From: Candidatus Woesearchaeota archaeon
Lineage (GTDB): Archaea > Nanobdellota > Nanobdellia > Woesearchaeales > JABGUJ01
Assembly: GCA_018646625.1 (NCBI GenBank)
Contig: JABGUJ010000001.1
Span: 317,534-381,533 of the forward strand
DNA: 64,000 bases
Reading direction: 5' to 3'
Shown: piece by piece, positions 50,269-60,191 of the stretch
Layout: every line of letters starts with the position of its first letter
Numbering within the stretch: position 1 is the stretch's first letter
Made by a program: the position numbers and the translations under genes
Notes under the pieces: generated by a model
The model's database searches: none
Seen by the model: only the letters and a program-made list of their open reading frames with translations
Told to the model about the DNA's origin: nothing

Positions 50269-51099
50269 TTATTTCTTAACTACGTAGAATATTTCACCAA
50301 CTTTCTGAATACACTCAACTTTATATCCTAGTCGTTTGCACATCAATTCAAACCAACCCCTTTGTGGATGATTCATTGGTTTATTGGATAGTGTTTTAGC
50401 TGAGAAACTGACCACAACCCACTTTGCATTCACTGATTTTATTAATTTTTCACTAAGTTTGTGATCTTTACCCAAATCCAAGTGATCTAACAATTTAAAC
50501 ATAAAGCAAACATCGACGTCAGGAAATTCAATCTCGGATGATTTCAACTCTAGTAAATCAACCTCTTTGAAACTAAAATCCACACCCTCTCTTGATTCAA
50601 AAAACTTAGAAATAAACTCAAGATCTCCTAGAGAAATGTCCCATGCTTCGTATTTAACTTTAGATAAACCCATCAAATCAAAAGACAAAGGATTCATTCC
50701 ACATCCCAAATCCAAAATGGATGCAGGTTTGCCTGTAATCGCAAAAAGTTCATCAAAGATTTCGAGATAAATCTCAATCCGTTCTTTTGATGATTTGTGG
50801 GTTTTTAACAACATAACATAGTTTTCTTCAGAATCGTCTTCTAGATACGTTCGCAAGTGTTTTTCTCTTCGTTTGGCAAATCTTGTGAAAAACATACCAA
50901 ACGCTTGACGACACTCCCCTCTTAATCTTTTAATCATCAAAGCAGAATCTTTAGCCCCAACATCTTCCAAACTAGACACTTTCGGGTGAGTACGCCTATA
51001 CTCTGCAAGTTTATGCATAACAAAATCTTCAGAAATATGTCTAGGCTCTTGTTTTTCTTTAATTTTATCAACAATTCCTTGTTCAGTTAACCGAACCAT
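50269..51099 (-). CDS. FmrO/ArmA/RmtB-like 16S rRNA methyltransferase homolog
   Basis: HKSSKER, ILDLGCGMNPLS, FMFKLL, VVVSFSAKTL. Confidence 0.75.
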   Translation of the reverse strand: MVRLTEQGIVDKIKEKQEPRHISEDFVMHKLAEYRRTHPKVSSLEDVGAKDSALMIKRLRGECRQAFGMFFTRFAKRREKHLRTYLEDDSEENYVMLLKTHKSSKERIEIYLEIFDELFAITGKPASILDLGCGMNPLSFDLMGLSKVKYEAWDISLGDLEFISKFFESREGVDFSFKEVDLLELKSSEIEFPDVDVCFMFKLLDHLDLGKDHKLSEKLIKSVNAKWVVVSFSAKTLSNKPMNHPQRGWFELMCKRLGYKVECIQKVGEIFYVVKK

Positions 51100-54000
51100 T
51101 TGCCAAGTCCCTCTTGTCTATCTTTTTCTTTACCAAAAACACCATCCACTCTTCGTTTAAGCAACTCTAAACTCTGTTGCAAATAAACAGGTACGTCGTA
51201 TTTCTCCGCTAAACTAATTGATGGTTGCAGGTATTTAACAATGCTTCCTTCTGAAATCGTAAATATAATCTTCCCACCACATTCAGTACACTTCCCAATC
51301 AAAGGCGGACGACGATACTTGGTATTACATTTAACACATCTAAATTGTTGTTGAGAAAATTTCCTCAAATTACCTTTTGTATCTCTAATAAAATGCCTTT
51401 CAATAACTAACCGCGCCACATCGGCAGTTTTAACAGATCTCAACTTCTCTGCAATCTCCATTTGCCCTTTCAATTTTTCTTCCATAGAAGGCAAAATCTT
51501 ATACGCAGAGCAATTTATTCCAACATTAAAATCATCAGTATCGTGAGTAAATCCCATCCCTTCATATTGCTCTTCAGTATTCAGAGTATCTTTAATCATT
51601 TTCAACTTAACATCCCATGGTTTCTTGTATTCTAAGCACGCATTATAGAACTCCAAAGGATATTTCCATACAATATCAATATCGAAAGCCATATCATCGA
51701 CTTCTCCCGGAGCCAAAATCGAAGTTAAAACTAAAGGGGCATCCATCATACCTCCTCTGCTATTGGGGAGATACTTCTGAGAAAAATTAAGGAATGCATC
51801 TAACAACAAAAAGAAACAACTCTCATCACCATCACAATCTCGCCTCATGGCTGCATGCATATAAGGATGTGAAAAGAAACCTTGAGTTTTAGAAAATCCT
51901 AAAATTCTACACACAGACCCTGCACTTGTGTGAGGCGCCAACCCAATAACAAAATGACCAACCAGATCTTCTCGTTTTTTTACATTATAATATGGTTGCA
52001 TCCCATATAGCGACACCAATGTGTCGTCAATAAACTGGGTGGTTTTGATCAAAACATTGTCGGCCATTTCATCCGGCGATTCAGGACAACAAGGAACAAG
52101 TATATCTTGAGGCATTAATTCTAAAATTTGATCTTCTTCTTCCAAAGGTCTTCCTTTAATATCAAGTTCATAACCAAGTTCTTTTAATCGCTCAACCCCT
52201 ACACCAATTTCCTTAGGTTTAAAATGAGTAACAGGAATTTCACTACAATCATATCTAATCGTCCCATCCTTATTAACAAAAACTCCGTTGTAAGCTCTTA
52301 ATATTCCTTTTAACAAATGCTCAGGTATGTGCTCTCTATTCGAGGTTCCTCTCACCCCTTTAATTAAATCAGGAATTGCTCTCAAATCAGCCATTTTCAA
52401 ACAAGAATTGTATATTCTTCTAAGATCAATTGCTCTTTTTGACGATGCATCGGCCTTTCCATGATTTTTACAAACTTCTTCATCCACCACACCACACACT
52501 TTACAAGCATATTGCTTCCTGGTATGCCCTCCGCACTTTTCGCAAACACTTAAAGGAGTATCAATTTGGCAAGCATCACAAAAACGAATTGGAAACTCTG
52601 CATTAACTTTTCCACCCTCTAGTGCTGCTTGGAAAGATCTCAACCGTCCCCCTTCTTCTCCAACTGGAAACAAAACATGAGGCGTACCAGTCATTTTTCT
52701 CATTTTAGCCTTCTCAGGCCTACCCATTCTACATCCAATAAATAAACCAGATTTGTCTCTCAACCTAACAGAAGAAATATACTTCACTACATCCATGATT
52801 TTCATTTCTTTGTTTTTCTCTATCAACTTAAGAACTTCTTCTTCCGACTTAGAATCCAAACCCAAAGTACAGATTAATGCATTACCGTAATCCTCTTTAA
52901 TTATTGCATATTCATTCGCAGAAACTTCATGAGGCACACCCAACAATTCTAGTGCTCTTTTACCATCTTCTTCTATTTTCAAAACGAATTTATCTTTTTC
53001 TCCCTGCTTCTCGATTTTGCGACATTTAATCCATTTGATTAAAGAAATTAATTGTTCGTTCTCCAACGCAGTAAAGTGAAAAATATATTTAGGATGCAAA
53101 GGAATACTAAATCGTTTACTAACCTTCAAGGCAAAAGAGAATCCAACTTCTGTTCTTAACGAGTCCTCAAACAAATCTCTTAAGAAACCTTTATCTGCTC
53201 CGAGTTCCATAGACAATTTATCTAAATCCAAACGACCATATTCCTTCTCAACTGCTTCCTGGAATTCTAGAATCCACCACTCTTCGCAATAGCCTGGAGG
53301 TAATAATTTGTGTGCCCTATTAAGAAAATCCCCATAATTAATCAACACATCTCCTAGATATAGAACTTCAACAACTCTTTTCTTATACTCTCGTGCTTTG
53401 GCATCACTATCCAAATAAACAACAGAACCATCATCTATCTTCACAATAGGTCCTTCAATTGTATCGCAAGAAGTATACGCGGCACCCTTTCCGGGACGTT
53501 CAACTTTAAGCTGAGTTGCTGTTGCAACATAATCATTCAAAACATGCATGCTCGCAGGATGAATGCTTTGCGCACTATACCCTGAAGTTCGACTTCTTCC
53601 AAATCGTAATCTAAATCCGCCGTGAGCTAAAGGATGCCCAATCACTGGACGACCTGCGACCAAATCAGCAATAAATGTATAATCAGGAGTTATGTTCCCT
53701 TCATCGCCCGCAGATGCTTTTTTACCGTGCGCATGAACTTCTTTCTTAATCTTAACGAACTCCTCCATGAAGTTCCATTGATCCATATCAAAATCATTCC
53801 CCCATTTAGAAAGTTGTTTCCATAACTTTTCCGCCTTAAGAGGTAAACAACTAGAATACAACAAACAATACCCGCTTCTAATTATGTTTGTTTTAATTCT
53901 TGGAAGATCTTTATAATTAGAAACTTCGAACTTCTCAGACTTATCGCCATTAATCTCTATAGGCATATTTTTACCCATAAATTCCATTTCCTTTTCGCTT

Positions 54001-54659
54001 GGATAATATTGAAGGTTAGTTACCCTCTCATGATAATCAGAAATCTCAACAAAGATTCGTTTCACTTCATCTTCAGTCGGATCATAAGGTAAATATCCTG
54101 TTTTCTTTCTAACATAATCCGCAATCAAAACACAAGAAGCCGCAGCAGTACCGCCCGCATTTCTCACAGGACCTGCAAAATTCAAACATAAATATTTTCC
54201 CTTACCATCAAGCCTGTCTTTTTCTTCAATATTGGTTAAACCTTCTAATGGTGCGGTTACCACCCCCACAGTTTGATACGCAAACCCTGTTCTAACACCC
54301 ACCTCAATTGCTTCTAATTTATTATCAAATTTACAAAACTTTTCCGCAGCTATTTCTTCAGCAATCTTAAACGCGACTCTCCAATCCAACTTACCATATT
54401 CTTGTTCCAGCTCAATAATTCTATCTACGACACCGCTATCAACAATCTGCGGAGCAACAGTAGATATTAACCCTACTACCCTCTCAGCCATATTCTTTGC
54501 AAGCTTAACTTCTACTCTATCTACCGGATCGAAACCTTTAGCTCTTGCTTCGGAAGCTATCTTGAACTCGGTTTGTACGCCGTGCTCTATAGTATCAAAA
54601 TAAGCCAACATCTTAGAAGATGCGATTATTTTCTCTTCTGCTTTTGTTTCTTCTTCCAT
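51087..54659 (-). CDS. polC: DNA polymerase II (PolD) large subunit DP2
   Basis: GPVRNAGGT, RMGRPEK, RRDCDGDE, C-terminal Zn finger and PIP-like QEGLGKWF. Confidence 0.97.
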   Translation of the reverse strand: MEEETKAEEKIIASSKMLAYFDTIEHGVQTEFKIASEARAKGFDPVDRVEVKLAKNMAERVVGLISTVAPQIVDSGVVDRIIELEQEYGKLDWRVAFKIAEEIAAEKFCKFDNKLEAIEVGVRTGFAYQTVGVVTAPLEGLTNIEEKDRLDGKGKYLCLNFAGPVRNAGGTAAASCVLIADYVRKKTGYLPYDPTEDEVKRIFVEISDYHERVTNLQYYPSEKEMEFMGKNMPIEINGDKSEKFEVSNYKDLPRIKTNIIRSGYCLLYSSCLPLKAEKLWKQLSKWGNDFDMDQWNFMEEFVKIKKEVHAHGKKASAGDEGNITPDYTFIADLVAGRPVIGHPLAHGGFRLRFGRSRTSGYSAQSIHPASMHVLNDYVATATQLKVERPGKGAAYTSCDTIEGPIVKIDDGSVVYLDSDAKAREYKKRVVEVLYLGDVLINYGDFLNRAHKLLPPGYCEEWWILEFQEAVEKEYGRLDLDKLSMELGADKGFLRDLFEDSLRTEVGFSFALKVSKRFSIPLHPKYIFHFTALENEQLISLIKWIKCRKIEKQGEKDKFVLKIEEDGKRALELLGVPHEVSANEYAIIKEDYGNALICTLGLDSKSEEEVLKLIEKNKEMKIMDVVKYISSVRLRDKSGLFIGCRMGRPEKAKMRKMTGTPHVLFPVGEEGGRLRSFQAALEGGKVNAEFPIRFCDACQIDTPLSVCEKCGGHTRKQYACKVCGVVDEEVCKNHGKADASSKRAIDLRRIYNSCLKMADLRAIPDLIKGVRGTSNREHIPEHLLKGILRAYNGVFVNKDGTIRYDCSEIPVTHFKPKEIGVGVERLKELGYELDIKGRPLEEEDQILELMPQDILVPCCPESPDEMADNVLIKTTQFIDDTLVSLYGMQPYYNVKKREDLVGHFVIGLAPHTSAGSVCRILGFSKTQGFFSHPYMHAAMRRDCDGDESCFFLLLDAFLNFSQKYLPNSRGGMMDAPLVLTSILAPGEVDDMAFDIDIVWKYPLEFYNACLEYKKPWDVKLKMIKDTLNTEEQYEGMGFTHDTDDFNVGINCSAYKILPSMEEKLKGQMEIAEKLRSVKTADVARLVIERHFIRDTKGNLRKFSQQQFRCVKCNTKYRRPPLIGKCTECGGKIIFTISEGSIVKYLQPSISLAEKYDVPVYLQQSLELLKRRVDGVFGKEKDRQEGLGKWFG

Positions 54660-54660
54660 T

Positions 54661-55575
54661 TTAGTAATATGTTGTACGAATCATCGGTTCTCGTATACTC
54701 AACCCTTCTTCTTTATTATCACAAATATCCGAAAATAAACATTTATTTTTACATGAATTTGGTGTTTGTTTAGTAAACGTACACTTTTCACTCACACACG
54801 AACTACAACACACCTTAAATCTAGCACAACAACTTCGCCCAATCTGCCAAAGAATAAAAGATTGTTGTGGAATTTTCAAATTCGAAAAAGTAGACATTAA
54901 CTTAGCTGCGCCAGAAACTGCAACACGCACAGATGTGTCTTCTTCTAACGTAAACACTTCTTTACCCTTCATCTTAGCCAGCAAATCACCAACATCTACT
55001 ACACCTAATCTAGTAAACATTCTAACAACATGATAGTCAACAGCAGGTGGTGCGTTTTCTAAATCATCAAACTGCGCCATTCCTTGATTCATTAAATCGC
55101 TAAGAAACGCGGCACTTTTCTTTCTAACAGGATCTTCAGAATATGCATCAAACAAATCTAATCGGTTCAACAACCCAGATGGGCCACCAAGCTTACAAAA
55201 AGATTCATCAACCAGTCTCTTAACACTTCCAGAATAATTTGAAACTAATTTTTCACATATATCCCTTACAAATGCCGTTCTCTCTTCAGCACGAACTCTA
55301 TCTTCATCCAAACCTTCAAACCAAGACCCATATTCTTTTGAAGATAAATTCTGCAAATATTCTGCATTAAACTTATCCGGATGCGTCTCAATAAATCTTC
55401 CCCACGCACGCAAATGTTTATCGTGATTAATATTATGACAAATAGACATAACTAGTAAAGATTTTAGTAACTCACTCTCATTTGCTTCAGATTTAACTTC
55501 AACAACCAAAGGAGCTTTCAAACTACTCAAAACCAAACCGACTTGCTCGCATTTTTGTTCATTAAGCTTAACCAT
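54661..55575 (-). CDS. HhH-GPD/glycosylase-like protein with C-terminal Cys (Fe-S?) cluster
   Basis: DPVRKKS, PPAVDYHVVRMFTRLG, WQIGRSCC...C..C; family assignment is inference. Confidence 0.6.
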   Translation of the reverse strand: MVKLNEQKCEQVGLVLSSLKAPLVVEVKSEANESELLKSLLVMSICHNINHDKHLRAWGRFIETHPDKFNAEYLQNLSSKEYGSWFEGLDEDRVRAEERTAFVRDICEKLVSNYSGSVKRLVDESFCKLGGPSGLLNRLDLFDAYSEDPVRKKSAAFLSDLMNQGMAQFDDLENAPPAVDYHVVRMFTRLGVVDVGDLLAKMKGKEVFTLEEDTSVRVAVSGAAKLMSTFSNLKIPQQSFILWQIGRSCCARFKVCCSSCVSEKCTFTKQTPNSCKNKCLFSDICDNKEEGLSIREPMIRTTYY

Positions 55576-57035
55576 TATGTTTCTTTCTCCCCGAAATTCA
55601 TTATTCTTGCTTCACGCGTACGTAAATTAACAACCGGAACTTTAGAAGGCTGCGCCTTTATACCTAACTTTATTTGATAATCAGATGTAGGAATCCATGT
55701 AGAGCAATTAATCATAGTAATATTTCTATAGTTAGCTATAGCCGCTCTATGAATGTGCCCAGTAATAAAAAAATCAGGAACTTTATCTATAACCAAATAA
55801 TCTTTTTCAGCATCAGGTAAGTAAAGTGTTGATGTATGCATTGGCGCTAAATGTCTTCTTTGCAACAAAAATTTCATTATAAGGTCGCTTCTGTCCTGTC
55901 CCCCTTTCTCTCTTATCCCTTTAACTACATCTGCATAGAATGGAAAACTAAATCCGTGATACAACAAAACATCAAAACCAGGAAATCCTTCTTTTTTACC
56001 AACATTAACCATGGCAGGATTACTAACCAAAACAACATTAGGCAATTTCCATATTGATTCAGCAAAGTCCTTATACAAAACTGGCTGTGGTTCTGCTATT
56101 CTCATAGCATCGTGATTACCAGGACAAATAATTATCTTCATATGTGTAGGGATCATTGCAATATATTCAGTTAGTGCTTCATACTGTTGGTAAATATCAT
56201 CAATTTCCAGATCTTTTTCCTGTCCGGGATAAATACCCACCCCTTCAACCAGATCTCCCACCAAAAAGATGTATTTTACTTTAGAAGCGATATCTCTTTG
56301 ACTCTCCGTTCCAGTATCTCCTTTCAACCAACTTACAAATTTCAAAAAATCATCTTTCAAAAACTCATTATTGCCAAAATGAAAATCTCCAATAAACACC
56401 GCATACTCTTCTTCAGGTGATTTACGAAGTTCTTTAGTCATGGGAATATCAGGAAACAATAAACTATTTGCAAAAACAATATTATCACCATTAACACCAA
56501 CTATCCCTATTGTTTCATCCAAAACAATATCTCTACCCAACGCTAAAAGGTCGTTTCTATTTTTATTTATCAAAACTTTAACTTTACCAGTAGGATCTTC
56601 AAGAGTGAGCATTATATGACCGTTTGGAGTTTCATTTTTTTCCAACACCAAACCTATTATAGAAACATTATCCTTCTCTTTTCTACTAATCACTCTAGAA
56701 ATAGAAGTTAATCCTTGCATTTCTTGCCTACGCATAAGCATGGCTTTCAACGCATTATATCTAGCATTAAAATAACCAACAAAATGTTGAACTTCCCTTT
56801 TGTGAGGTTCTTTATCATAACAAGAAATTATCTCAACCGACCCACCAGTTTCGGGACCTTTAACACTCGCCCCCGCACCTATAAGTAATTCTTTTTTGAT
56901 CTCGTCAAGTTCATCACAAGATTCTGCTACCTTTATTCTAGAAAGAATATCTGAATCTATCAACATCTCTCTATCTAAGAAATACTTTACTAGCTCCTTT
57001 TTGCTACAGGTTAAGTCTTGAATCACTTTTTGCAC
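55575..57035 (-). CDS. polB: DNA polymerase II (PolD) small subunit DP1
   Basis: OB fold LEDPTG, DFHFG, GDLVEGVGIYPGQ, PGNHD, GHIH. Confidence 0.95.
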   Translation of the reverse strand: MQKVIQDLTCSKKELVKYFLDREMLIDSDILSRIKVAESCDELDEIKKELLIGAGASVKGPETGGSVEIISCYDKEPHKREVQHFVGYFNARYNALKAMLMRRQEMQGLTSISRVISRKEKDNVSIIGLVLEKNETPNGHIMLTLEDPTGKVKVLINKNRNDLLALGRDIVLDETIGIVGVNGDNIVFANSLLFPDIPMTKELRKSPEEEYAVFIGDFHFGNNEFLKDDFLKFVSWLKGDTGTESQRDIASKVKYIFLVGDLVEGVGIYPGQEKDLEIDDIYQQYEALTEYIAMIPTHMKIIICPGNHDAMRIAEPQPVLYKDFAESIWKLPNVVLVSNPAMVNVGKKEGFPGFDVLLYHGFSFPFYADVVKGIREKGGQDRSDLIMKFLLQRRHLAPMHTSTLYLPDAEKDYLVIDKVPDFFITGHIHRAAIANYRNITMINCSTWIPTSDYQIKLGIKAQPSKVPVVNLRTREARIMNFGEKET

Positions 57036-57057
57036 TTCCAGCGAAGATGTTAAAAAG

Positions 57058-58269
57058 TCAAGCCAAACCTAGATCGTTCTTTAAGATTGATCTTATCTTT
57101 GGTTCAATGCTTGGTTGTGTGGCAAGAGAAATTTCTTTCGTCCTACCGTATCTTCCTTTTGAAATCACTTTTGCATTAATTATACCTAACATATCTAACT
57201 CCGCCAAAATATCTGACAGCCGTCTTTGTGTTAGTGGCCTTAATGCGGTTCTATTACAAATTGATTTGTAAACGTCATAAACCTCTCCGGTTGAAATATT
57301 ACCTTTTCTTGTCTCAGATATGGCATAAATGGAATAAAGTACTGCTTGGAACTGTTTAGGTTGTGTAGAAACAATATCTACCATCCTATCTCTCTCGATT
57401 TTTTCTTCAGCTAAATCTAAATGTTCTATCTCAACATGTAATTCATTAGATCGCTCAGCCAACTCTCCCGCAATTCTCAACAATTCAAGAGCTCTTCTCG
57501 CATCTCCGTGTTCTTTTGCGGCATACGCCGCGCATTTTTCTATCACTCCAGATCGTAATATCCCATCACGAAACGCAACTTTTGCTCTTTGATTTAGTAT
57601 ATCTTGAATTTGCAACGCATTATATGGTGGAAATACTAATTCTTCTTCACTTAAAGAAGATTTAACTCTTGGATCTAAATTGTCAGTAAAAACTAAATCA
57701 TTTGATATTCCAACAACAGAAATTTGTGCATTTTTTAATTCTGAATTAATTCTTGTAAGGTTGTATAAAATTTCATCCCCTGCTTTTTTAACAAGTTGAT
57801 CTATTTCATCCAATATTAAAAGAACAACTTGTTTATTGTGATCTATTGCATTGTAAAAAATTTTGTAAACTTCATCTGTTGGTAACCCTGTTGGAGGTAC
57901 CGCTTTACCAAACTCTCTAGCAAGCTGTGCAATTAATCTATATTCGGTATCTGCAACTCTTTTTAGTTTACAATTAATATAAAAAACTTTGACTGGAATC
58001 TTATTTTTTTTACTAACTTCAAGAATGTGATTTGTTGTATGCCTTACCGATAATGTTTTGCCGGTTCCGGTTTTACCATATACGAATAAATTTGATGGTT
58101 TGTTTAAACGTAATGCTGGAGCTAAAATTTTAGCGATTTGTGTTATTTGATCATCTCTGTGTGGGATGTTATCTGGAGTATAATTAGCTTGAAGTACTTC
58201 TTTATCAAGAAATAGAGGTTCTTTAGTCAAATAATCTTCAAATAACCCCGTAATACCTTTCTTAACCAA
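57058..58269 (-). CDS. cdc6: Orc1/Cdc6 replication initiator
   Basis: GKTGTGKT, LDEID, GDARRA, SKGRYGRT. Confidence 0.97.
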   Translation of the reverse strand: MVKKGITGLFEDYLTKEPLFLDKEVLQANYTPDNIPHRDDQITQIAKILAPALRLNKPSNLFVYGKTGTGKTLSVRHTTNHILEVSKKNKIPVKVFYINCKLKRVADTEYRLIAQLAREFGKAVPPTGLPTDEVYKIFYNAIDHNKQVVLLILDEIDQLVKKAGDEILYNLTRINSELKNAQISVVGISNDLVFTDNLDPRVKSSLSEEELVFPPYNALQIQDILNQRAKVAFRDGILRSGVIEKCAAYAAKEHGDARRALELLRIAGELAERSNELHVEIEHLDLAEEKIERDRMVDIVSTQPKQFQAVLYSIYAISETRKGNISTGEVYDVYKSICNRTALRPLTQRRLSDILAELDMLGIINAKVISKGRYGRTKEISLATQPSIEPKIRSILKNDLGLA

Positions 58270-58436
58270 TTCAATCGTCCTCTTTTTTCAAAACAAGCGT
58301 TTTCATGTGCTTATCTCCAGACGAAGAGAAGGTATATAAACTTTTTCTTTGTTTTTAAATGATCTTTATGAAAACAAAATATCGTAAATACAGAGTCTAA
58401 AAAGCACATTGACAAAAAAAACATCCCATACCTCTG

Positions 58437-58692
58437 ACCCCCTCATTTCCTATGGAAATGGAAATTCTCTGTTAAATGTACGTTCATCCGTACAAATTTC
58501 AACGAATCAGATTTTTTCATCCACTTCCGTTATTATTATTATTATTATTATTATTTTCTATATAGTAAATATATAATATAATATAATATAAGATCAAAAA
58601 ATAAAAAATTTTCAAAAACGTTTTAGAACTTAAAAAAGCTAGAAGAGAGGCTCCAAAGCAAAAAAAACAGTTTCCACAGGAAATAAGGGGGT
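58437..58692. other. Replication origin (oriC): inverted ORBs flanking an AT-rich unwinding element
   Basis: ORB TCCATAGGAAATGAGGGGGT (- strand, 58437-58456), (TTA)n/TATA-rich tract ~58530-58620, ORB TCCACAGGAAATAAGGGGGT (58673-58692); upstream of cdc6. Confidence 0.88.
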
Positions 58693-58858
58693 AACTCCCC
58701 CAAGATGTCTAGCACACCACAACAGTTTTCATCACTGACGCATAGTTAAAATTAGAAACATTTAAATAAGGGTTGTGCCTCCAACAAGTAGTTAATCAGT
58801 TATTTCAGAACTTAAAAGAGGATGGTGATTATAACAAATATAGTGGGTTGATAAGAAA

Positions 58859-59659
58859 ATGATCGTCCAAAAGAATTTTTTAAGCAAACTAAAAGACTTC
58901 GGTCTGAATACATATGAGAGCAAGCTTTGGACAGCGCTCCTTTCAAGAGGAATCTCAACAGCAGGAGAGCTTAGTGACATAGCTAACGTTCCAAGATCAA
59001 GAAGTTATGATGTTCTTGAAAGCCTTGAGAAAAAAGGATTCATCGTTGTTAAAATTGGCAAGCCAATAAAATACATCGCAGTTCCACCAGAAGAAGTTCT
59101 GGAAAGAGTTAAGAAAAAAATAAGTTCTGATGCAGAAAAACAAAATCAAGTTCTAGACACTCTTAAAGATTCTGAAATTTTAACTGAGCTAAATCTCTTA
59201 CACACACAAGGAATTGATCTAATCGACCCTAGTGATCTTTCTGGTGCAATAAAAGGTAGAAACAACATCTATAATCATCTAGATTTAGGTGTAAAAAAAG
59301 CCGAAGAATCAATTACAATTATGACAACTGCGGAAGGTCTTACAAGAAAGACTGATGCATTGAAGTCTTCTCTAAAAAAAGCAGCCGACAAAGGAGTTAA
59401 AATCAAAATTGCAACTTCTGGAAAGGGTGCGGAAGGAGCAGTAAAAGACTTGAAAGGCATTGCAGAAGTTAGAGATTCCAAAGACATTAAATCAAGATTT
59501 TGTATTGTTGATGGAAAGGAAGTAACTTTTATGATCTTAAATGATGATAAAGTTCACCCAACTTACGATGTTGGTGTTTGGTTAAACACCCCTTTCTTCG
59601 CACAATCACTTCAAGCACTTTTTGATTCTAACTGGAACTCAATGAGTCAATTAAAGTAA
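58859..59659 (+). CDS. TrmB-family (TrmBL2-like) protein, paralog of 22325..23149
   Basis: Same WTALLSRG.STAGELSDIANVPRSRSYDVLESLEKKGF and HPTYDVG.W.NTPFFA. Confidence 0.9.
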   Translation: MIVQKNFLSKLKDFGLNTYESKLWTALLSRGISTAGELSDIANVPRSRSYDVLESLEKKGFIVVKIGKPIKYIAVPPEEVLERVKKKISSDAEKQNQVLDTLKDSEILTELNLLHTQGIDLIDPSDLSGAIKGRNNIYNHLDLGVKKAEESITIMTTAEGLTRKTDALKSSLKKAADKGVKIKIATSGKGAEGAVKDLKGIAEVRDSKDIKSRFCIVDGKEVTFMILNDDKVHPTYDVGVWLNTPFFAQSLQALFDSNWNSMSQLK

Positions 59660-59740
59660 TTTTTTATTTTTACCTTATTCTCTTATTTTCTCAACACCAT
59701 TAGTTTGAAATCCCGCGGAATAATAACCAATAAATAGTTC

Positions 59741-59760
59741 TCCACATGAAATAAAGGAGT
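59741..59760 (+). promoter_or_regulatory. Additional ORB-like box
   Basis: TCCACATGAAATAAAGGAGT, 3 mismatches to the ORB at 58673. Confidence 0.55.
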
Positions 59761-59768
59761 AACAAGAG

Positions 59769-60191
59769 GTGATAATCATTTCTAGAAAGTCTCAAGGGAT
59801 TGCAGCAGAAAGAGAACTCCTTCACAAATTCTGGAACACGGGAAAATTCATAGCTATGCGAGCACCCGGTAGCGGAGCAATAAAATATCCCGTACCTGAT
59901 TTATTAGTTGGTAACCACCTAAGACGGTTCGCAATAGAGTGCAAAACAACAAAAAGTCAACGACAATACCTACGATCAGAACAAATTAACGATCTAAAAA
60001 CATTTTCAGATACTTTCGGGGCAGAACCTTGGGTTGCCGTAAGATTTCCCGACAAAAATTGGTATTTTCTATCTCTAGAAGACTTAGATAAAACGGCAGG
60101 AAATAATTTTGTTATTTCATTAGAATCTGCAAAAAGAAAAGGGCTTTTTTTTGAAGAAATAATCAACTCCGATCCTCTTTCCTCATCTTAA
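59769..60191 (+). CDS. hjc: Holliday junction resolvase Hjc
   Basis: G..AEREL, RAPGSG, PDLL, IECK. Confidence 0.92.
   Translation: MIIISRKSQGIAAERELLHKFWNTGKFIAMRAPGSGAIKYPVPDLLVGNHLRRFAIECKTTKSQRQYLRSEQINDLKTFSDTFGAEPWVAVRFPDKNWYFLSLEDLDKTAGNNFVISLESAKRKGLFFEEIINSDPLSSS

Noticed and set aside
45366..54659. Inteins in MCM or DP2
   Set aside because: Lengths are normal and no intein splice or LAGLIDADG motifs were seen
58530..58556. (TTA)n microsatellite as a separate repeat or contingency locus
   Set aside because: Non-coding and between the ORBs; explained as part of the origin unwinding element
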